In this document: positions 20,401-30,699 of the stretch, one piece after another
Layout: each line of letters starts with the position of its first letter
How positions within the stretch are numbered: the first letter of the stretch is position 1
Sequence record: NC_070962.1
Reading direction: 5' to 3' (one strand)
Length of the DNA stretch: 64,000 bases
The notes under the pieces: model-generated
Told to the model about the DNA's origin: nothing
What the model saw: the letters and a program-made list of their open reading frames with translations, nothing else
Databases searched by the model: none
Program-made: the position numbers and the translations under genes

Positions 20401-21537
20401 ACTTTAAATATTGGTGGAGTTTCAAAAACTTATAAAGTAACGACAAAAGCATGTGTTGTTGAAAACGGTACATATTCTCTTGATGGTATGACACTGAATA
20501 CCAGAAGATTGTTGCCAACTAATGCTATGTGTGTAAGAGGTGGATCTGGTTCTGGAAATACTGGAGGAAAAAGAGAGCAAACTAGTACTGGTGGAAATAC
20601 TTATGGAGCAGGATCTTCTAACTGGACAGCACCAACTGGAACTTCATCAGTAACTGCAAAAGTTATTGGAGCAGGTGGTGGCGGTGGTAAAGGTGATGGC
20701 AAGGCATGTGGGAACAAGAGTAATAAGAAAGGATGTGGTGGTGGAGGAGGTGGAGGTGGTGGTGCCTCCGTAGTCAATTGGAATCAAGCAGAATCTGGAG
20801 ATACTTTTGCAATTAGAATTGGTAGTGGTGGTGCTGGAAAAAGTGGAAATGAAGGATCAGGTTCTTCTGGTGGTAACTCATACATTGAAATAAATGGAGC
20901 TCGTACTAAATCAAGAGTAACAGCCAATGGTGGTTCAGGAGGAGGTGGAGGTTCAAAAAGCTCTCCTGGTGGTGCTAAAGGAAATGGAAACGTTTGTAAT
21001 GGTCGCAATGGTGGTGACAGACGTGGTGATGAAGGTGGTCATGGTGGAGGAGCAGGAAGAACTAGCACTACCTCCGCATGTTCTAGTGGTGTAGCAGACC
21101 CTGGATCTCAACCATGTGATCAGGGTGGACCAGGACAAGGATCTAATGTTTCTGGAAGTTGTAATGGGTCTAACAGACAAGAAAAAGGAACAAAGGAAGG
21201 TGCTAGCGGACACAAATATGGTGGTGGAGGATCAGGTGGTGGATGCGGTAATGGTGGAGGAAGAGGTGCTGATGGAAGAGGAAGAATTGAATGGACAATT
21301 TCCTATGCTAAGTATTCAAAAATTTCTGTTGCCAAAAAAATCAATCAAGCATATTGGGATGACATTGGTAGAGCTGCAACTGGAGCAGAAATAAAAACTT
21401 GGTATAATAGATTTAAGGATGACCCAGCAACTTATCCGACAATAGATACTCTTTACACTAAAGTTAAACAAGGTATAAGTGGAAGCACTAGTAATCCAAG
21501 AGATAATTGTGGTGGTTCGTTCCCCAAATGGGTATAA
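17500..21537 (+). CDS. Tail/virion protein with tandem Ig-like repeats and a Gly/Cys-rich C-terminal domain
   Basis: Repeated DxxPDxFxFTD..N..SNT.TISG modules, Thr/Ser-rich Ig-like domains, and GAGGGGG tracts with many Cys. Confidence 0.65.
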   Translation: MPLIGAQGPGSNIAWRGNLDEYPDAFSFVEVTEVFPGAAATCSPVTITGINYKALLTANLNTPAFAIDAGIGASVRVTPYIEETDSYGPAGEFLPGNDPNNPIIIRNKDKIELEVLTLAPGIVGRSAFAVGYGIGVTIGTRPGVEWFARTRDLDDDPDPFDFTDLSNLEINTLTVSDTVTITGIDDTIGVDIFIVGTGELRINGTGSWVQTAKIFDGDTLQLRNTTSNFYSTTVETVVQLGIFQANWNITTRAADTTINDFTFTDVINADINTIHESNTVTISGADDNLNGNNPLPLSFSGNGQYRITRGGAVVQEYTNSSSNTCNNGDVIQLKQTASGSYSTKTDATLTVANQSDTYSVTTRPRPIDTIPDQFTFTDQTGVLRNEIIYSNIITLSGMTAFGDEGTATINGTSGSNAQYKVVRGGSIVRNWTSGSFAVQLGDKIQLRLLSATDSLGSRDATFTVSGTNTFTNIGGVAGSTSDTWRVTSKARDCAINSFSLPNIPEGSSTLNPGDLASTEFTIGGGFEFDCNVSATTSNSNSYLKKKGTTQQGTTLTDLKQGDVVQVFMTTPYYCSTRTTTVSLSAAFTTSGSARSANWTISPKAPPKPTLSLTASPINPAFVFPDGGSSTLTYEYTHVTNSSVTTNFGVSSVPVTTLGDQTKNGSKGVSSLPSGTNKFTMTVSNCTGSTSDSVSVIVGTPPAPTLFFCVNQSATSSCPTSINIARGSSVTFYWSSTNAIKVEATQGTGFSTGNKQSGNDTATPSSDGEVYTAKATGAGASPQTVSKSITVRFSPSVTLTASPKNVITGNSTKLTWTSSDADRVTASSGPSFSGITALNGDKTITMNSSGTYTWSITVKDDGTNTTAKASASVTVTDDTTVDSFKMDPESRSNQNLGSSSESQPKFTSSPTGSVHGLSPGISVTANVSGGGAKFTDGNTSKTVKNGTSCSSLRIKMNASNSYSTSKTATLNIGGVSKTYKVTTKACVVENGTYSLDGMTLNTRRLLPTNAMCVRGGSGSGNTGGKREQTSTGGNTYGAGSSNWTAPTGTSSVTAKVIGAGGGGGKGDGKACGNKSNKKGCGGGGGGGGGASVVNWNQAESGDTFAIRIGSGGAGKSGNEGSGSSGGNSYIEINGARTKSRVTANGGSGGGGGSKSSPGGAKGNGNVCNGRNGGDRRGDEGGHGGGAGRTSTTSACSSGVADPGSQPCDQGGPGQGSNVSGSCNGSNRQEKGTKEGASGHKYGGGGSGGGCGNGGGRGADGRGRIEWTISYAKYSKISVAKKINQAYWDDIGRAATGAEIKTWYNRFKDDPATYPTIDTLYTKVKQGISGSTSNPRDNCGGSFPKWV

Positions 21538-21540
21538 ATA
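21533..21540 (+). promoter_or_regulatory. T4 late promoter TATAAATA
   Basis: Exact T4 late consensus upstream of 21585. Confidence 0.75.
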
Positions 21541-21584
21541 GAACTAGTAAAAAATCGGGGGGATAGTGAACCCCAGGAGTATCA

Positions 21585-24500
21585 ATGGGAATTAACAAGA
21601 ATTTTGTCGTTCGCAACGGTCTTGAAGTTGCGAACACCTTGTTATATGCTAATGATGAAACTAATCGTATTGGTATCAACTCAGGAACACCTGAACATAC
21701 ACTAGATGTCATTGGTGATGCTGCTATTGATGGTGCATTATTCTCACCAGTATCTCTTGGTGGCACTAGTGGTGTAACTGGTCAATATTTACAATCCACT
21801 GGAGATAAGTGGAGATGGGAATCATTTCCTAGAAGTAGACAAACAGAAATATTTACACTTACTGCAGGACAAACCAGAATTCCTGCTACGGGAAGTTTTG
21901 GAACTTTTGTACTTACAGAAACTGAACTGACAAGTATATTTCTTGATGGTGTAAAACTCACTAATGGTGATTACGTCATCAATGCAGGTGGTGGATCAAT
22001 CACACTCTTTGCTGCCGCATTTGGTGGAGAAGAACTTGAACTTATTGCTCATGGTGCAGCAAGTGTAGGAGCAGGAAACACTGGTATCCTTGGTGTTTCT
22101 GTCAGAAAGGCAGGTATTGATAGTGGAACTCCTGGTAGAGTTCAAATACTTGACTTCGTTGGTCTAGGTGTTACTCTAGATGGAACAACAGGTCTTGTTA
22201 CTGCATACATTGATTCTGGTGGTCTAACTGCTGTTATCAATGACCCAGCTCCAACACTTGGTGGATATTTAAATCTTAATAACAGAGGTATTGCTGGTGT
22301 AGGTGTTATTACTGCAACACAATTTTATGGTGGTGGTGCTAACATTACTGGTATTTCTACACTTAATATTGTAGATTATGGTCTTGGATTAGGTGGTGGT
22401 GCTGGTGTATCTGGAGTATTTGGTGAACTTGAAGGTGGTTCATCTGTAGGTATCTTCACTGATACTGCTGCCGTTGGTTTGGGTACAACAGACCCAAGAT
22501 TTTTAGTAGAAATTGGTGATAGACAATCTGAAGTTGCTGGTCTAGGAACTAATCTCTGGGTTAATGGTAATGCAAGAATTACTGGTATTCTAACTGTTGG
22601 TTCTTCTAGTATTGCAATTGATGGTATTAATGATGAAATTAGAATTGGTGCTGGTTTCACACTATCTGCAGATACAATCACGCAGACTGCAAACCTACAA
22701 ATTACTGGTATTGTTACTGCAACAGGATTTGATGGTGACTTAGTTGGTCAGCATAAAGTATTTACCGCAGGTGTTGATAATTATGATGATTATGATGTTG
22801 CATTGTTCCTCGATCCAACTCAAGGTGGACATACATTTAATAGATTTGATTTAGGACATAAACTACAATATAATCCTGCTAATGGTCAATTATCAAACAC
22901 TGGTGTTACTAGCACCCGTGGACTTCAAGTTACTGGGTTATCAACATTTTCAGATTCTGTAACTTTCCAGAATAATATTCAACTTGGCAATAATGACCAA
23001 GCAATCTTTGGTGCAGGTAATGACCTAAGAATCTATTTTGATGGATCAAATAGTTACATCCAAGATCAAGGTGGTGGTGGTCTAAACATTGATGCAAACC
23101 CATCTGTCACGATTGGACAGTATGGAACTACTGTAGAGATGGCATCCTTTAGAGTGGGTGCTGGTGTAAGTCTCTTCCATAACAATTCTAAGAAGTTTGA
23201 AACGACTAGTACTGGTGTAGCAGTTACTGGTGATATTGTAGCAAGCGGTGACGGTACATTTGATGGTATTGGTTTGGGTGGTCAATCTCCTTCATTTACT
23301 GGAGGTATTGATGCTACTGGTAGAATTAGAACTTATAGAGATATTTACATTGTTGGTGATGATAATAGCAGTCTAGTTTTAGATGGTAGAGATGGATCTT
23401 ATAGAACAATACGGTCTCTTGGTGATGCTCCTTTAACTTTCCAAGCATTTGAAAGTTTAGAAAATTCTCCACCAGATGGAGTTGGTATTGGAACCACAAA
23501 TCCTCAAGGATATGGACTATATGTCCAAGCATCCACTAAGTTTACTGGTATTGTAACAGCATCCTCTTTCTCTGGATCAGGTATTGGTCTAACTGGAATG
23601 GTTGATGTTGCAGATGGAACCTATGGTGGTTCTACTGTATCACCACAGATTACTGTTGCTGATGGAAGAATTACTGGTATTACTGCAACTCTCATCTCTG
23701 GTGGAGGAGGTGGAGGTGGTGGTGGCACCGAAGTCATCATTGAAGATAATGATAGTATTGTAGGCACTGCAGGAACAATTAACTTTGGTTCTGGACTTTC
23801 TGTATCTTCTGCGACTGCTGGTGTTGTTACTGTTACTGCTGCAAGTTCAGAGATTATCAGTGACACCACACCACAACTTGGTGGTAACTTAGATCTCAAT
23901 AACAGAACCATCAACGGAACTGGTAACATTAACATTAATGGTAGTTCACGTTTCAACGGTCCTGCTACTTGCACCAGTGATCTTGATGTTGCGGGTGAGG
24001 CAACTATTACTGGTGGATTATTAGATGTTCAATCATCTGGTGTACCAGCAGTCATATCACATTGGAATTCCTCAAAGCATCTCCAGCTGAGCACTGGTGA
24101 TAACGGAGGCGGACTTAACATAACTGATGTAAATTATTTTGCCATTAATCATCAACCATATGCAGATAGAGGAACGACTAATAATTTAACAGAAAGACTT
24201 CGTATAACCACTGCTGGTAATGCAGAGTTATCTGGTGTTGTAACTGCAACAGCATTCTATGGCGATGGATCAAATCTAACTGGTATTGTTGCTGGTGGTG
24301 GAAGTGGAACTGGTTACTTTGATAACAACCAGACTAATCCTGGTATACATACAACAGCAGCTCATGTTGGTCTCGGAACCACCAATCCAAGAACACCTTT
24401 ACAAGTTGAAGAAATCTATGGTGTTTACACTGACTATGGATCATTCTCAGCAACAGCAGGTGTTACTACAACAGGTGATGCTTCTTGGGTGATTGCAACT

Positions 24501-24749
24501 GATGACTTCAAGACTGCAGAATATACACTACATTTCCAATATAATAACAATATTCAATCACAGAAAGTTCTTGTGATGAATGACGGAACAACAGCATATG
24601 CCCAAGAATATGCGATCATGTATAACAATGATCTATTAGTTTCTGTTGGTGCAAGTGTTAATTCTGGAACTTGCGAATTACAATGGACTCCAGAACCTGG
24701 AGTTACTGGTGTTGTTACATATAGAGTAGTAAGGGAGACAATGCTCTGA
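21585..24749 (+). CDS. Tail fibre protein
   Basis: MGINKNFVVRNGL start. GIGTTNP and GIVTATxFxGDG repeats. C-terminal domain shared with 29002..30675. Confidence 0.8.
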   Translation: MGINKNFVVRNGLEVANTLLYANDETNRIGINSGTPEHTLDVIGDAAIDGALFSPVSLGGTSGVTGQYLQSTGDKWRWESFPRSRQTEIFTLTAGQTRIPATGSFGTFVLTETELTSIFLDGVKLTNGDYVINAGGGSITLFAAAFGGEELELIAHGAASVGAGNTGILGVSVRKAGIDSGTPGRVQILDFVGLGVTLDGTTGLVTAYIDSGGLTAVINDPAPTLGGYLNLNNRGIAGVGVITATQFYGGGANITGISTLNIVDYGLGLGGGAGVSGVFGELEGGSSVGIFTDTAAVGLGTTDPRFLVEIGDRQSEVAGLGTNLWVNGNARITGILTVGSSSIAIDGINDEIRIGAGFTLSADTITQTANLQITGIVTATGFDGDLVGQHKVFTAGVDNYDDYDVALFLDPTQGGHTFNRFDLGHKLQYNPANGQLSNTGVTSTRGLQVTGLSTFSDSVTFQNNIQLGNNDQAIFGAGNDLRIYFDGSNSYIQDQGGGGLNIDANPSVTIGQYGTTVEMASFRVGAGVSLFHNNSKKFETTSTGVAVTGDIVASGDGTFDGIGLGGQSPSFTGGIDATGRIRTYRDIYIVGDDNSSLVLDGRDGSYRTIRSLGDAPLTFQAFESLENSPPDGVGIGTTNPQGYGLYVQASTKFTGIVTASSFSGSGIGLTGMVDVADGTYGGSTVSPQITVADGRITGITATLISGGGGGGGGGTEVIIEDNDSIVGTAGTINFGSGLSVSSATAGVVTVTAASSEIISDTTPQLGGNLDLNNRTINGTGNININGSSRFNGPATCTSDLDVAGEATITGGLLDVQSSGVPAVISHWNSSKHLQLSTGDNGGGLNITDVNYFAINHQPYADRGTTNNLTERLRITTAGNAELSGVVTATAFYGDGSNLTGIVAGGGSGTGYFDNNQTNPGIHTTAAHVGLGTTNPRTPLQVEEIYGVYTDYGSFSATAGVTTTGDASWVIATDDFKTAEYTLHFQYNNNIQSQKVLVMNDGTTAYAQEYAIMYNNDLLVSVGASVNSGTCELQWTPEPGVTGVVTYRVVRETML

Positions 24750-27700
24750 TGCATACAGAAGTACATTCCGAATCTGGTAGAGTCATTGTTATCAGTGACA
24801 TACCAGATAATGAACCTCAAGCGTTTACAGTTGCCATCAAAGACCCTGCCGATTGGCAGGAAATGCACGATTACATTATAAATGAAAATGAGATTGATGG
24901 TATACCGAATAGAAGGATAGATTGTACTGCTGAAATGCCCTTCTCAACAAAAAGGGCAGTGTATCAGATTTCTGCAGAAGAAGCAGAAGTTTTAAGACAG
25001 CATCCTAAAGTTGAATGGGTTGAAGAATCTTCTAGATACAACCCAACTTGTCTTGAACAAAGAAAGTATGATGAAGAATTTGATCGACATTCCGATGCTT
25101 TTAGATTTAAAAATAGTGGTATTAGGCATAAAAGAGCAGGTGGAGACCCAACACCAGTTGATAACTCTCTTTTAGATTTTACTCAATGGGGTTTACATCG
25201 TCATGGATATAAAAATGATCCTTTTGGATCAGAAACTGATGTAAGTGCTGATATTAAGTATCAATTTACTGGTAAGAATGTTGATGTTGTTATCATGGAT
25301 ACTGGAATTCGTTGGGATCACCCAGAATTCTTAAAACCTGGTGTTACATCTTTCGTCGATAAGAATAGTACAAGAGTTAGAGATATTCTAATTCATGGAG
25401 CATCTGAATATGGAATTGATTGGGAAGCAGAAGGATTAGTTTCTCCAGGATCATCTCCATATACAGATTATACTGTAGCAAATGTTTTACAATCAAGTTC
25501 TTTTGGTGGATCTTGGCACGGTTCTCACGTTGGAGGAACTGCTGCTGGCAATCAATTTGGTGCAGCATTTGAAGCAAATATTTGGTCTATTGCTTGCGTA
25601 GATCGTTCTGATGTTGGTTGGTCAGAACCATCTGATGGATTTGATTATATTAAAGTATGGCATAAAAACAAACCAATCAATCCAGAAACAGGAAGAAGAA
25701 ATCCAACGATTGTAAATTGCAGTTGGGGACACAGGCAATTCGTAAGAGACAACTTATCTTCCAGTGCAACATTTAGAGGAACTACCTACACTGATGGTGG
25801 TGATGAGTATCTTGGTGAAGCATATGATTCAATTTATTTTTTAGATAGAAATGGTTCTTATTTTGAATTTACAACTAGAAGAGTAAGTGGTCAAACCACA
25901 ATGGACGAACTTCTAGATGATCCAGATTGTCAAGATGTAATTTTTATTTGCTCTGCTGGTAATTCAAAAGCTAAGCAAGATACTATAGGTGGTGTTGATT
26001 ATAATAATGAGTTTGTATCTGGAACATTTTATTATTCTACATCTGGTTATGATAGTTATTGGTGTAGAGGTGGAACTCCCGCAGTTGGTCATGAAGGAGA
26101 ACCAGATGCAGTAATTAGTGTTGCTTCTCTATCAGAATATTATAGTGTCGGTCAAGAGACACTAGATGATTACACAAGCAGAGGACCAAGAACTGATGTA
26201 ACTGCTGCTGGTGGTGATATTTTATCTCCTTGGAGTACTGGATATTATGATCCAAGAGATTTTAGTTTTTACATTACTTACTTACAAGGAACAAGTATGG
26301 CAGCACCAAATGTAACTGGTGTTGTTGCTTTATATTTACAAACAAAACCAGATGCAACAAGAGTTGATGTTAGAAATTGGTTGCTTGAACATGGAACAGT
26401 AACAGCACCATTGAGAGATTCTCAACCAGACTTTACACAACGTAATTACTGGGGAAGTCCAACTGCATTGAGAGATACAAATCCAAGAGTTCTTTTCAAT
26501 CCATTCGCAAATAATGAAAGAGTTTCACTTACTCCTGGTGTTGAACAAATTATTAAAGAAGATCTAGTTATGGAACTAGATGGTGAAAAGGAAGAAATTG
26601 TAAATAATGTCTGGAGAGATACAAGTCCAAATGGTTCTAACAACTTTGCAACATTAGATTCAGGTGTTGATTATTATGGTGATCGTTATTCATATCAATT
26701 CAATGGTAATGCTAAGGCAAGTATAAGTAACAATAGTGATTTTCAATCTATCGGAGAATTTACCATTGAACTTTGGTATAATCAACATACACATTCTAAA
26801 TCAGAAGTATATCCAACATTAATTTTTGGATCATGGAATGCTCTTGAAGTTGCAGACAATGAGTTTGCAATTTACCAACAACCAAATGGCACATTGACAT
26901 ATGAACTTGCAGGTGGTTCTGCAAATTCTGGTATCACATCTACGCATCAAACAACACCACAACTTAATACTTGGAACCATGTTGTTTTAACAAGAACTGG
27001 TAATAAAATTGATTTTTATCTGAATAAAGAAAAATCAACATATCAAGAGATTTATTCTCCAAATATCACTTGCACTCTTGAAACAAGAGTTGGAACAGAC
27101 AATAGCACTGGAACTTATATTAACAGAGTTACTGGTATATCTGGTGGGTCAGGATATGAGACTGCACCAACAGTTTCTGTTGTAAATCCTGGTGGTGCTA
27201 CTGGTGCTGCTTTTACAGTATCACTAAGCACTCAAGGAACATTTAAAAGATTTGAAGTCACAAATGGTGGTTCTGGATACACATATCCACCTGATGTAAC
27301 ACTTGGTGGTGGCATGGCAGATGTTGGTGCTACCGCAGCAATTACTGCTGGTGTTGTTACGTCTATTTCTCTTGATGGTATTGTTTACGATACCACTAAT
27401 TCTGGTGACATCTATTCCTTTGGTGCTGGAACTACTATCGCACCTAATGGGACTGGTGTTGGTGAGCAAGGTGGATTTGATATTGGCGGAACTCACTTAA
27501 GATTTGGTGATTCTGATGGTGGTATTCGTGAATGTGTTGTGAATCCAGTTAATGCTACAGACTTTGATACTATTAGAATCTATGCTATTCGTGGTGATGA
27601 TACTAATGGTGGTGAACTTCCTGAGGGAGATTCTGGTGATGAAAGTCTTTGGCTTTCCTATAATATTGGTGCTGGAGTTACTGATTCTTGGACAGATGCT

Positions 27701-28984
27701 GGTATCATTATTTGGCACGAAGGTCTTGATGGTACTTATGGTAATCCTGGTAATACTTTAAGAAACTGGGATATCAGTATCCCTGGTGCTGCAAGGACAG
27801 ATAATGCATACTTTAGATTGTATATGCCAAGTAATAGTGGAACAATTTATGATAATTATGGTATTCTAAGTGTGTCATTTATTGATACGGGTACAGAATA
27901 TACTGATAGTACAGTTACACTAACACCCAATGCATTGGAATCTAATCCATCAGGTATTACAACAGCAACTGCAAATGTTTGGATCAATAAATCTGTAACT
28001 GATATTGAACTAACTGATGGTGGTTCTGGATATAGTGGAACATATGCATTGTCAATGTCTGGTGGAAATCCAACATCACCAGGATCTGGACAAGCAGTTG
28101 CAGATGGAAAGTTATATTATGATGGTTATGTTGGTATGGTGAGATACTACAAAGGTAGACCATTTACTCAAGATGAAGTCAATCAGCATTATGAAGAGCA
28201 AATTGCAAGATTTGATCCAACTAAGAAACCATCAATATCTTTTGGAAACTCAGATATTAACACTGAGGTATCACTTACTGGTATAACTACAACTGGACTT
28301 GTAATGCACATTGATGGTCCAACTGGATTTGATACTGATTTAAGTGGTAATGGTAATGTACCAACTTATTACAGTGATAATCCATATAATGGACTATCCT
28401 ATCTTAATTATCAAGGACCAATAACTGAAGTTGCTTCTGGTGGTGGATTGCTCAGTGGTGTGAATATATCTGGAAGTTCTTTTTCAATGGAAGCATGGAT
28501 TTATCTTTTAGGAGATCCTAATGCTGGAACAAATGGACAGATTATATCTCAAGATGATGGTATTAGCAGTGGACAAGGATGGCAATGGAGAATAAGTGAT
28601 GCTCCAGATTATCAACAAGATTTTGTATATTGGACTACTTCAGCAAGAGGTTCCGCAGTTGATCTCTCAGCAGCACCAACTCCAATTCCTTTAAATGAAT
28701 GGAGTCACGTTGCAGTTACATATGATGGAACTGATATTAGAATGTATTTGAATGGTGTTCAAGATTTTATCCATACACCAGCAGCATCACTTTATGGAAG
28801 CAGTGCTCAGATAGGTATTGGAAGATTTGCTGGCACTACCTTTGCTAGTAATTACAGATTGAATGCTAGATATGGTGCTGTCCGTCTTTATGATGAGTTC
28901 TTAACTGGTGATCAAATCAAATCACACTATGATTTACAAAAGTATCGTTTCCGTTTCCAATCTCTTACTTTATCATACGAATAA
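24749..28984 (+). CDS. Virion-associated subtilase (peptidase S8) with LamG and further beta-sandwich domains
   Basis: Catalytic triad motifs VVIMDTG (D, 25298), WHGSHVGGTAAG (H, 25517) and QGTSMAAPNV (S, 26294). LamG-like FTIELW..WNHVVLTR and FSMEAWI..WSHVAVTYDG. Coupled by TGATG overlap to the upstream fibre gene. Confidence 0.88.
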   Translation: MHTEVHSESGRVIVISDIPDNEPQAFTVAIKDPADWQEMHDYIINENEIDGIPNRRIDCTAEMPFSTKRAVYQISAEEAEVLRQHPKVEWVEESSRYNPTCLEQRKYDEEFDRHSDAFRFKNSGIRHKRAGGDPTPVDNSLLDFTQWGLHRHGYKNDPFGSETDVSADIKYQFTGKNVDVVIMDTGIRWDHPEFLKPGVTSFVDKNSTRVRDILIHGASEYGIDWEAEGLVSPGSSPYTDYTVANVLQSSSFGGSWHGSHVGGTAAGNQFGAAFEANIWSIACVDRSDVGWSEPSDGFDYIKVWHKNKPINPETGRRNPTIVNCSWGHRQFVRDNLSSSATFRGTTYTDGGDEYLGEAYDSIYFLDRNGSYFEFTTRRVSGQTTMDELLDDPDCQDVIFICSAGNSKAKQDTIGGVDYNNEFVSGTFYYSTSGYDSYWCRGGTPAVGHEGEPDAVISVASLSEYYSVGQETLDDYTSRGPRTDVTAAGGDILSPWSTGYYDPRDFSFYITYLQGTSMAAPNVTGVVALYLQTKPDATRVDVRNWLLEHGTVTAPLRDSQPDFTQRNYWGSPTALRDTNPRVLFNPFANNERVSLTPGVEQIIKEDLVMELDGEKEEIVNNVWRDTSPNGSNNFATLDSGVDYYGDRYSYQFNGNAKASISNNSDFQSIGEFTIELWYNQHTHSKSEVYPTLIFGSWNALEVADNEFAIYQQPNGTLTYELAGGSANSGITSTHQTTPQLNTWNHVVLTRTGNKIDFYLNKEKSTYQEIYSPNITCTLETRVGTDNSTGTYINRVTGISGGSGYETAPTVSVVNPGGATGAAFTVSLSTQGTFKRFEVTNGGSGYTYPPDVTLGGGMADVGATAAITAGVVTSISLDGIVYDTTNSGDIYSFGAGTTIAPNGTGVGEQGGFDIGGTHLRFGDSDGGIRECVVNPVNATDFDTIRIYAIRGDDTNGGELPEGDSGDESLWLSYNIGAGVTDSWTDAGIIIWHEGLDGTYGNPGNTLRNWDISIPGAARTDNAYFRLYMPSNSGTIYDNYGILSVSFIDTGTEYTDSTVTLTPNALESNPSGITTATANVWINKSVTDIELTDGGSGYSGTYALSMSGGNPTSPGSGQAVADGKLYYDGYVGMVRYYKGRPFTQDEVNQHYEEQIARFDPTKKPSISFGNSDINTEVSLTGITTTGLVMHIDGPTGFDTDLSGNGNVPTYYSDNPYNGLSYLNYQGPITEVASGGGLLSGVNISGSSFSMEAWIYLLGDPNAGTNGQIISQDDGISSGQGWQWRISDAPDYQQDFVYWTTSARGSAVDLSAAPTPIPLNEWSHVAVTYDGTDIRMYLNGVQDFIHTPAASLYGSSAQIGIGRFAGTTFASNYRLNARYGAVRLYDEFLTGDQIKSHYDLQKYRFRFQSLTLSYE

Positions 28985-28987
28985 ATA
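28981..28987 (+). promoter_or_regulatory. Late promoter ATAAATA
   Basis: Upstream of 29002. Similar sites at 30680, 33504, 38086, 40872 and 40895. Confidence 0.65.
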
Positions 28988-29001
28988 ACTAGAAAAGACT
29001 T

Positions 29002-30675
29002 ATGGCCAATAAGGATTTTGGTGTAAAGAAGATAGAACTAATTGGTTCATCTGGCACACCCAATTTAACTAGTCCAACTAATCTTAATCTAAACGCAAGC
29101 ACTGTTGCGATTAGTACGGATGTTACGATTGGAGGTAAAGTTCAATCAAATGTTATTGTTGGGACTGGATATTCTGTAGGTATTGGTAGCACTCTTCCAC
29201 GGCAAGCACTTGATGTTGGTGGAACAATTCGTGCTACTGGTTTTGTAAAGTCTGATGGAAGTGCTATTGGTGCTGGAGATACTGCAAATATTGTTACTGG
29301 TATTATTACAGCAACAACATATTATGGAGATGGATCCAATCTAAGTGGTATTTCTAATGTATCTATTGGAGATACAGCACCATCCCCAGCAACTGATAAT
29401 ACTTTATGGTGGAGTAGTGCTCTTGCTAAGGGATTTATCCGTTATAATGATGGAAACTCTTCACAATGGGTAGAATTCTCACCATCTGGTGGTGGAGGAT
29501 CAGGTAATATTGTAGGTCTTTCTACTGCAGGAAATTCATACTTCACAAATATTGATGTTAATAATCAATCAAGTTTAACCAATCTAAATGTATCTGGTTT
29601 TTCTACTTTAACCAATCTAAATGTATCTGGTGTTTCAACATTTGGTTCTAATTTAGAAATTTATGTTGATGGTTCTGATAGTGTAATACGAGAAGGTGGT
29701 GCAGGAAATCTTGAAATAAAAGCTAACGGTATTCAGTTACAAGAATATGATGGGACGGTTTTTGCAGACTTTAATGGAGGACCTTCTGGATGGCAAAGAT
29801 TTTACCATGATGGTTCTAATTTAAAATTAGAAGTAAATGCAAATGGCATTGATGTAACAGGTCATACTGAGACTGATACTTTAAATGCCTCTGGTGTATC
29901 TACGTTCTCTAGCGGTAGTAATTCTGTTGTACAAATTGGTTTATCAACATCGTTAATAGTTCCTACTGGTATAATTCAAGTTGGAAGAACTATTGAAGGC
30001 ACAACACTTATTAAAGGTGGACAGATTAATTTAACTGGTCCAAATTCTAGTGATTTAAACTCTACTTACTATTCAAACATTAGATTGAATAGAATTGGTG
30101 GTAATTTTAGATATGACTTAGAGTTCCATTCTAATGGTTATTCTTCTGGTGATATTGGTGACTTTATCTTCTATAGAAGAAGAACAAGTTACGGAAGAAC
30201 TGAAAGAATGAGGTTGAGTGGTGAAACTGGAAATCTCACTGTAACTGGTAGTGGTAGTTTTAATGGACTGGATGTAACAGGTCATACTGAAACTGATACT
30301 TTAAATGTTTCTGGTGTTTCTACTACATCATCATTAAATGTTGGAACTGCCTATAGTGTTTCTTCTGGTTTAGGAACTTTCACTGCTTCTGCTGGAGTAT
30401 CAACAAATATAGCATCATTTAATGCTTCAGACTACAAGGTTGTTGAATATAAATTGTGGATACAACATGCAAATGGTATTCAATCTCAAAAAGTAATCAT
30501 TATGCACGATGATAATGATGTATATACCCAAGAGTCTGACATTTTCTATAGCAATACTCTTCTAATAGGTGCTGGTGCAACTATTTCTGGTGGAACTGTA
30601 AGTCTTGCCTTAACTCCAGAATCTGGAGTAAATGGAATTACAACTTACAGATATAGTAGAGAATCATTAGTCTAA
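29002..30675 (+). CDS. Tail fibre protein
   Basis: MANKDFGVKKI start, NVSGVST repeats, C-terminal domain shared with 21585..24749. Confidence 0.75.
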   Translation: MANKDFGVKKIELIGSSGTPNLTSPTNLNLNASTVAISTDVTIGGKVQSNVIVGTGYSVGIGSTLPRQALDVGGTIRATGFVKSDGSAIGAGDTANIVTGIITATTYYGDGSNLSGISNVSIGDTAPSPATDNTLWWSSALAKGFIRYNDGNSSQWVEFSPSGGGGSGNIVGLSTAGNSYFTNIDVNNQSSLTNLNVSGFSTLTNLNVSGVSTFGSNLEIYVDGSDSVIREGGAGNLEIKANGIQLQEYDGTVFADFNGGPSGWQRFYHDGSNLKLEVNANGIDVTGHTETDTLNASGVSTFSSGSNSVVQIGLSTSLIVPTGIIQVGRTIEGTTLIKGGQINLTGPNSSDLNSTYYSNIRLNRIGGNFRYDLEFHSNGYSSGDIGDFIFYRRRTSYGRTERMRLSGETGNLTVTGSGSFNGLDVTGHTETDTLNVSGVSTTSSLNVGTAYSVSSGLGTFTASAGVSTNIASFNASDYKVVEYKLWIQHANGIQSQKVIIMHDDNDVYTQESDIFYSNTLLIGAGATISGGTVSLALTPESGVNGITTYRYSRESLV

Positions 30676-30699
30676 TTCAATAAATAACTAAAAAAAACC

